Positions 56,728 through 64,000 of a stretch of DNA of 64,000 nt are shown here, piece by piece; the first letter of the stretch is position 1, and each line of letters starts with the position of its first letter. Source of the DNA: Chrysomallon squamiferum (Eukaryota > Animalia > Mollusca); the NCBI GenBank assembly GCA_012295275.1, contig CM022677.1, positions 18,662,001-18,726,000 on the forward strand, in the 5' to 3' direction. The notes beneath the pieces were generated by a model. The model had not been told where the DNA came from. It saw only the letters and a program-made list of their open reading frames with translations, and did not search any database. The position numbers and the translations under genes were made by a program.

Positions 56728-57390
56728 CCACATTGAGAATAATTAATTTTCAGTTACACTTCAACAAATATATCTCAGAGATATCTTTTTACACCTGACT
56801 CAGTTTATTCTTGTTTCCATGGTTTCGTTGTTGGAGACAACATACATAGAAAAAAAATATATAGGAAGGGTAGATAAGAAGATGACTTTAACTATGACCT
56901 TGTCCTGAAAACGAAGAACAACGCAAACATGAAAATACGTAAGATTTTCTAGTATTGATTTATTTTGTTCATAGTTGTTTTGTTTCTTTTAGTATTTTGT
57001 TTTTGTTGTCATCGTTGTTGTATTTCATACACATAATATTTTGTTCCCTTGTGTGCCCAAGAAAGGCGTACTTTAATGTTCAGTGGAAAAATGTTTGGTT
57101 CAGAGACCTGGATCGAGAACAAACAGTGCTGATCTTTTTGTAATCACGTCTTTGTTTTTGTTTTTTCTTCTCTTTTTTTAAAATGCCCTTTGTATTTATA
57201 TCATCAATTTGTATCCCATTTACAATTCTTGTTTTTAAAAATTATTATCTATTTTTAAAATTTTATTTATTAATTTATGTTCGAACTGAAGATTTAGATA
57301 TAAAATTTATTAAAAATCACTAATACGTATTTTTTTTTCGTTTTGATTATTTTATTTTTTTACCAATTAAATTTATGTGAAAAAAATAAA

Positions 57391-57428
<38 letters not shown>

Positions 57429-58171
57429 CTCTATTTCTTCGAAAACAATAATAAGTAAGGTTGGTTATTATTATTTTTTTAATACTAAATCAGGACTTTG
57501 ACGTGACAGTCAGTTTATAACGTCACTATTGTGTTATCTCTGCTTCCAAATACTTATAGTGCTGATATCAGAGAGCCCGTTATTCTGAATCACTGTTTTA
57601 GAGATAATAACTATATATAAAAAATATATATATATATATAGATGTACGTAACGCACTAGTTACTCACTACATAAAATCATGTGTATAAGGAATAAACAAA
57701 CAAGACGATGTTTCAAATTAAAGGGCTTTAATATTAGTTAATTCCATTTACAACATGGTAACTCTGGCAAACTGACAAGATTCACAAAAGAAATCATGAC
57801 AAAAAATCTACAGTTCCAGAAACAAAACAAATCAAACCAATACAAAACAATTGACGTTTAGATAAAAAAAAAAAAAAATGATTAGCAAGAAATATATTCA
57901 ACAAATATATAATCAAAAACACAATACATGTGTTAATATACAGTTCATTACAATTACAGCTGAGGAGTCGATTACGTAAACTGCTTGAGTTTCACAAACT
58001 CTTGACCTCCTGCAGTTCACTACTTTGACACTGCTGTTCTAAAACACTTTGTACATGAATTCCTGTACTTGATAAGGTCACATAATTAAAGAGAAAATTC
58101 GTTGTCACCATCACAATGATCATTATCAGCAAAAGGAACAGCAACATTATTATTATTATTATTATTATTAT

Positions 58172-58209
<38 letters not shown>

Positions 58210-58392
58210 TGATAGAAAAATATACAAGAGATATAGCAGTAGTAGTAGAAGTAATAACATTAAATTCATAAAACTGATTCTCATCAAAGTTCTGTAAGTA
58301 AAAGTTATGTCTGTGCTTTGTAAGTTTGTGTTTCGTGTTTAATTATTTTCTTTTACTAAATCACGACATTTCTACTTGTTAGTTATAGAAAA

Positions 58393-58785
58393 TTACTGAA
58401 AGCAATAAATTCCGAAGTTGTGTTCGTTGTTGCCCTTTTCAAGATGTTTAGAGTTCTGCACGCGCAGTTCAATACTGTCGCCTGCTTTCAGTTCAAACAG
58501 CGCGCCTTGGTAAGTGGGAGTAAACCCTGCTGTCGCTGATGACGTCACCACACACTGAGACTGGAAAAGTTCGAGTAATTTCTCTTCGTGTTTCCCTCCA
58601 TTTCTAAGCCAGATGGAATGAACAGAAGTGGCGACGTCTTGTGTTTGGTTGTTCACGAAAACAAGATGAGCGTAAATAAAACACGTGCCAGGCGTTTTTA
58701 CTTGAATGCGGCCATCTTTGTACATCATCTTCTTCCCTATGAACGAAGAGGCTTGTTTCCAGTGGAGTATATTTTGTCCTTCTGC

Positions 58786-58838
<53 letters not shown>

Positions 58839-58915
58839 TGTTTAGCAAATTCTCTTTTTCTCTGTTTCTGTCATACACACCTTTACATCCACATTAAATC
58901 TAGAACCTCTAATAA

Positions 58916-58957
<42 letters not shown>

Positions 58958-60619
58958 TTACAATAAATAGCTAATGTGGTAACATAATGAACATATCTGT
59001 TATTTAAAAAATGATATTTAATCATTTCATAACTCATTACTGTTTAACCTTTGATGAACTTTGACCTCACCTGACCTCACCCAGTCAATGTCGCGTAGAT
59101 TTGCTGAGCGGCCATTCTCTCCATCAAAACGTAATTCAGAATCTAAAAAAAAAATGACATATATATATATATATATATATATTTCGACGTTTATGTTTTT
59201 AAGTATGCGTACTACATTTAACACACGCACACTCTATATTGAGCATCTCTCGGTCGATTTCGGTCAGTCGGAACACTTCGTCACATTCCGCTACGCTCAT
59301 ATTTCAAAGAAATGTACGAAATGTTCCGAATGTGTAACGAGGTACGGAATCGACCGAGTTGTAACGAATCCCGCCTCTACAAAAAATTCAGTATTAGTCA
59401 GCGGTTAGCACGAAGTCGGGATTGTTTAGTGTATTCACTGCCAACTGCGCATAACACATCTAATTATAGAACCTGGGATTTCCGCGCGGTTTATTAGACA
59501 ATGTCGTTCAGACATGCCTTACTGTCGAAGCCTGAATACATAGTTTAACACATACCTGTGTGTTTTATTTTTTATTATTTTTTAATATGTTTTTGTATAT
59601 ATATATATATATATATGTTGTGTGCGTGTGTGTGTGTGTGTGTTTATTCACGTATTATTGAGTGAAACAATCAGACAGAGGAACAGACAGAAAGACAGAT
59701 TTTCGCGGAATTTATGTATGTGAATGTATGTTTGTGTATGTGTGTATGTGTATGTGAGTATGTGTATGTGTTTGTGTGTATGTGTGTATATGTATGTGTG
59801 TGTGTGCATGTTATGTGTCAGAAATATCAGTTTTAATTTTGAATGTATTAAGAATATTATTGTACATTAAGAATGACTTACTACTCACTTTTGGCTCTGT
59901 CTTGCTGGTACTGTGTTTCTACAAACTGCAAATAAATAGAATTGTAGAAAAGAATCAACATATTTTATTTGATATATAAGAACATACATACATACATACA
60001 TACATACATCATGAACAACAGCAACAACAAGCATAACAATAATAATAATAATACTAATACTACTACTACTACTACTAATAATAATAATAACAATAATAAT
60101 AATAATAATAAGAAGAAAAAGAAGAAGAAGAAGAAGAAGAAGAAAAACCTTTGTTATGATGTCGATCAGGTTTCGCTCACGACCAGCACAGCAGATATTT
60201 CCATCTTCTCGAACGTCGAAGTCGTAGATGTTGTCAGTTTTGTCATCGTCGGTGAGATAAACATCTTTGCACGGAAAGCAGACGTCGTCGTCCCATTGCA
60301 CAACGGTTTGACGTTGTGACTGCACCCGTGGTGTAGTGAAAGTTAGAGATATAACGATCACCAGAAAGATGTTGATGAAAAGATAAAGGACAGTGACCTC
60401 TGTCCAGAATTTGTTTTTCTCTTTTTCTGTGACTTTCTCTTTGTTACATTTTTCTCGCACTTTTTCTCGTGGCATAAATTTTTTGTTAGGATTGACAAAA
60501 CTTTCAAAAAAAAATTCTCGATTTGGTTTGATGAATGGCTCGTCACTGCTACCTGGATTACACCTTTCTCTCTGTTTCACTTCTTTGTTTTGTAACAAAC
60601 TTTCTTTGTTATGATCCAT
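58393..60619 (-). CDS. TNF superfamily ligand copy 6, inverted (4 exons, 322 aa)
   Basis: Exons 60619-60149, 59925-59889, 59142-59071 and 58781-58393; GT-AG introns, 969 nt open. Complete THD, with a net 60-nt in-frame insertion in the cytoplasmic tail. Confidence 0.88.
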
Positions 60620-60877
60620 TTCTTTTCTATCTCAGAAAACTTGTATTTCTCTTAGATACAAATTGCAAACTTAGAAATGTTTGTTCTAAGACGGTTTCTG
60701 GTGATATGTTTAAGCACGATATCGACTATACTTTTTGTATCCAACCAGTCATTCGGATCAGATATACTCTATGCCAAATATTAATGAATAACAGTGGAGT
60801 TAATAGTTCTCGTAATTTATATCTTACATTCAACATGCGAAGCGAAACATTTGACGTAATGCCCAAGAAGTTCTTAT

Positions 60878-61240
60878 TTTCAATCTCACCACTGTTACAT
60901 AATCTAGATATTTCTTTCTGCTCTCTCACTATTCCTGTATCTCCCAGTCTTATTTGCCAGCTGGTGTGTAGATACCCTCACTTTTGTTAATTATCTTTTA
61001 TAAACCATTGGTATAGATTTAACTAAATGAAACTGAAATGTTACACCATTTGTGATGTATTTATATAACTTGTCACATTTCACAGATGTATTTAACTGAA
61101 TTGAAAGATTCTGCCTTGCTTATGTTATTTGCTTAATTATACAGAAATATTTTTTTATATTTTCATTAATCTGGTTCAGCTCTATCCATATCTATCCAAA
61201 TTCTAATTCATATAAAATTTTCCTCATAGAAGTCATCCAA
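60878..61240 (-). mobile_element. LINE 3' fragment just upstream of copy 6
   Basis: Paralog of 62865-63230 (RVSTHQLANKTGRYRNSERAER...CNSGEIE). Confidence 0.65.
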
Positions 61241-61687
61241 TTATTTTTCTATAATATAAAATACGGAGCCAGGGCATAGAAGTCTTAGTACTGAATGTAA
61301 TTACTGACAGAGGTATTTCATTTTCGGGCGAAGAGCAACGTCTTTTGATAAACTGGACTAAAACTAGTCTTTTTACAAACAGAGAGGCGTGATAGACAGA
61401 TTATTACATGCGATATGAATAACTTTGTAGGAGACTTTAAACTTTGACGACTAACTTGTATATATTTCCAACTAGATGGTAGAATTACAGTAGAAAACTG
61501 TCAGCTGAAATAAACAGCGGAATTGTTCAGATTGAAAAGCATGCAACAACTTGGACAAAGTCTCTGTGACTGGTACCCGAAGGTTTTGATTAAAAGTTTA
61601 GTTTGTAAAAAGTCCACACAAAACATTTGATAGAGATTCCGCATCACCGCTTAAATGTTTGAAGAGTTAGAAATATATTTCTCCCCC

Positions 61688-61811
<124 letters not shown>

Positions 61812-62754
61812 CTGTTTCTCTTTCTCTCTGTATATACACAAACACACACAGAAACACACACAAATATATATATGTATATAGACACAGTAACATACATGCA
61901 ACATGTCATGGCCTCCCATTACAGCTTGATTGCTTTTGCCACCAAGTTCTGATATTAAGACGAGATCTCGCTATTTTCAAAGCAAGGGTCACACGCACAG
62001 CAGAAACTGAGAACTGTGATTGTTCATTTAATGTTTCATCACGACTCTAATAATACAGTAATATGGCGGATCATTGTTCATTTAGTGTGATCTCGGGACA
62101 TTCCAACATGGAAATTATATCAAATGAAAAATAAATAAATGAATAAAAAATGTTTTATAATTATTATTATAAGTAAGGATTGTTATTATTAATTTTTTGC
62201 CCAGAAATCAGTTTACCTAAGTTGAAAAAATAGATTACTGTGAAAACTACTTTAGAATGATGACGTCACAGTTTTTATTTTTAGCATTGCAAACAATATA
62301 TCTCTCTGTCTTTAGGTTACGAGGTGTTAGGAAATTGAAACCAAAAACTACACAGAAAAAAAAAATAATTATAAAATAAATAAATAAAATAAACAACAAC
62401 AAATAAACAAACCAAAACAAAACAAAACAAAACAAAATAAATATCGTTTTGTACCGGCCCTGTTCCCCTCCTCTGTGACGATTCTGAATCAGTCCCTTGC
62501 TCCAACTAACTTGAACGTCCACAATAAAGAAAAGAAGAAACATGATCTCCTAAACCCGCTTTTAAAACAGGTCTTTATAGATCTCATGTGAGGTATCCAG
62601 TTTAGTAGCTAGTCACGTTTTTGATTGTATCAGACACTAACTTTTGTTTTGTGTGCGTATGAATGAGACATGGGGTCAAAGAGCATTTTTTATATCTGAG
62701 AACAGAAAATGTTTTGCAATGTTTAATAATAATAATAATAATCCTAAATCTAAC

Positions 62755-62819
<65 letters not shown>

Positions 62820-62864
62820 TAATAACAACAACAACAACAACAACAACAATAACAATATTAATAG

Positions 62865-63230
62865 CATCTTCAGTCTCACCACTTTTACATAATATGCATA
62901 TTCTTTCTGCTCTCTCACTATTCCTGTATCTCCCAGTCTCATTTACCAGCTGATGTGTAGATAGCCTCACTTTAGTTCAGTATCTTTTATAAATCATTGT
63001 TATAGATTTAACTAAATGAAACAGAAACGTTACACCATCTGTGATGTATTTATAGAAATTGTCACATTTCACAGTTGTATTTAAGTGAATTGAAAGATTC
63101 TGCCTTACTTCGTCATATATTATATGCATAATTATGAAAAAAACATTTTTTTTTTATATTTTCATTAATCTATCGATATGTGTCCAAATCCCAATTCATA
63201 TAAAGTTCTCCTAATAAAAGTCATCTAATT
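62865..63230 (-). mobile_element. LINE 3' fragment
   Basis: RLSTHQLVNETGRYRNSERAERICILCKSGETED resembles the RLSxHxLxIETGR..RIC..C...ED cysteine-rich C-terminus of non-LTR RT ORFs. Confidence 0.7.
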
Positions 63231-64000
63231 ATTTATCGAAAATATTTTTGAGTCTCAAAATTAGTAATTTTAATAGAGGTATTTCGCGCGGAGAGCAAAG
63301 TCTTTTGATAACCTGGACTGAAACTAGTCTATTTACAAAGTGAGAGGCGTGACAGACAGATTATTATGTGCCATATAATTAGGAGACTTTAAACTTTGCC
63401 AAGTAACATGTATACATATCTAACTACATGTTTCGAATTAGATAAACAGAGAGATAGGCAGACACACCTCTTCACACACACACATACACATAATATACTC
63501 AGACCCACACATACGCCCTCATTTTCCTGCTGGGGATTTCCTGTGTCACTAATAACAGATGAGGGGTCACCAAGCCTTTTCAACATGAGAGCTACTTGAC
63601 AGGTACAGAGTTAAGGTCTATCAGTTTGTTACCCTCTCCTGAAATAAAAACTTTGTTCAGTTTATTTTTCGTTGTATATTATTATTAAAAATACCTATCT
63701 GTCTGATCATGCAGATGACGTTTGTGATGTTTCAGAATAACAAAGTCAGATACAGATAAGATCAGTATTCAAACTTGGGGGCGACCTGGTGCACGTGTTG
63801 GTGTGATTCCTGTAACAGAGTAAAATGGCGGATCATTGTTGATTTAGTCGGACCTTTGGACACGACAAAACTTGGTAATTATATCAAAGGAAAAAAAAAA
63901 AATAATAAAAATAATAAAAAGAAAATAAAATCAAGAAATACAAAAATGTGTAATAATAAGTAAGGTTTGTTATTATTAATTCCCCACCCCACAAGATAGC

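Overview
AT-rich, microsatellite-dense eukaryotic (animal) genomic DNA with spliceosomal introns and two 200-N assembly gaps. The repeat landscape and gene type suggest a mollusc, possibly a cephalopod; this is inference only. The main content is a young tandem cluster of four-exon type II transmembrane TNF-superfamily ligand genes with a TRAIL/TNFSF10-like TNF homology domain (THD). Four copies have intact spliced frames (+9293-11221, +20237-22333, +28365-30640 with an E-F loop deletion, -58393-60619 with a cytoplasmic insertion). There is also a 5'-half copy (17028-17782), a disabled copy (39228-41563) and an orphan exon-4 fragment (24741-24998). Between them lie decayed glycosyltransferase fragments (GT11 alpha-1,2-fucosyltransferase-like; two C1GALT1-like GT31 pieces), transposon relics (hAT MITE with TIRs and TSD, Tigger, MULE, LINE 3' ends), minisatellites and long CA/GA satellites. 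These blocks are shuffled by direct and inverted segmental duplication. Nearly all long ORFs in the supplied track are microsatellite artefacts. All coordinates and alignments were read by eye; no searches were run.
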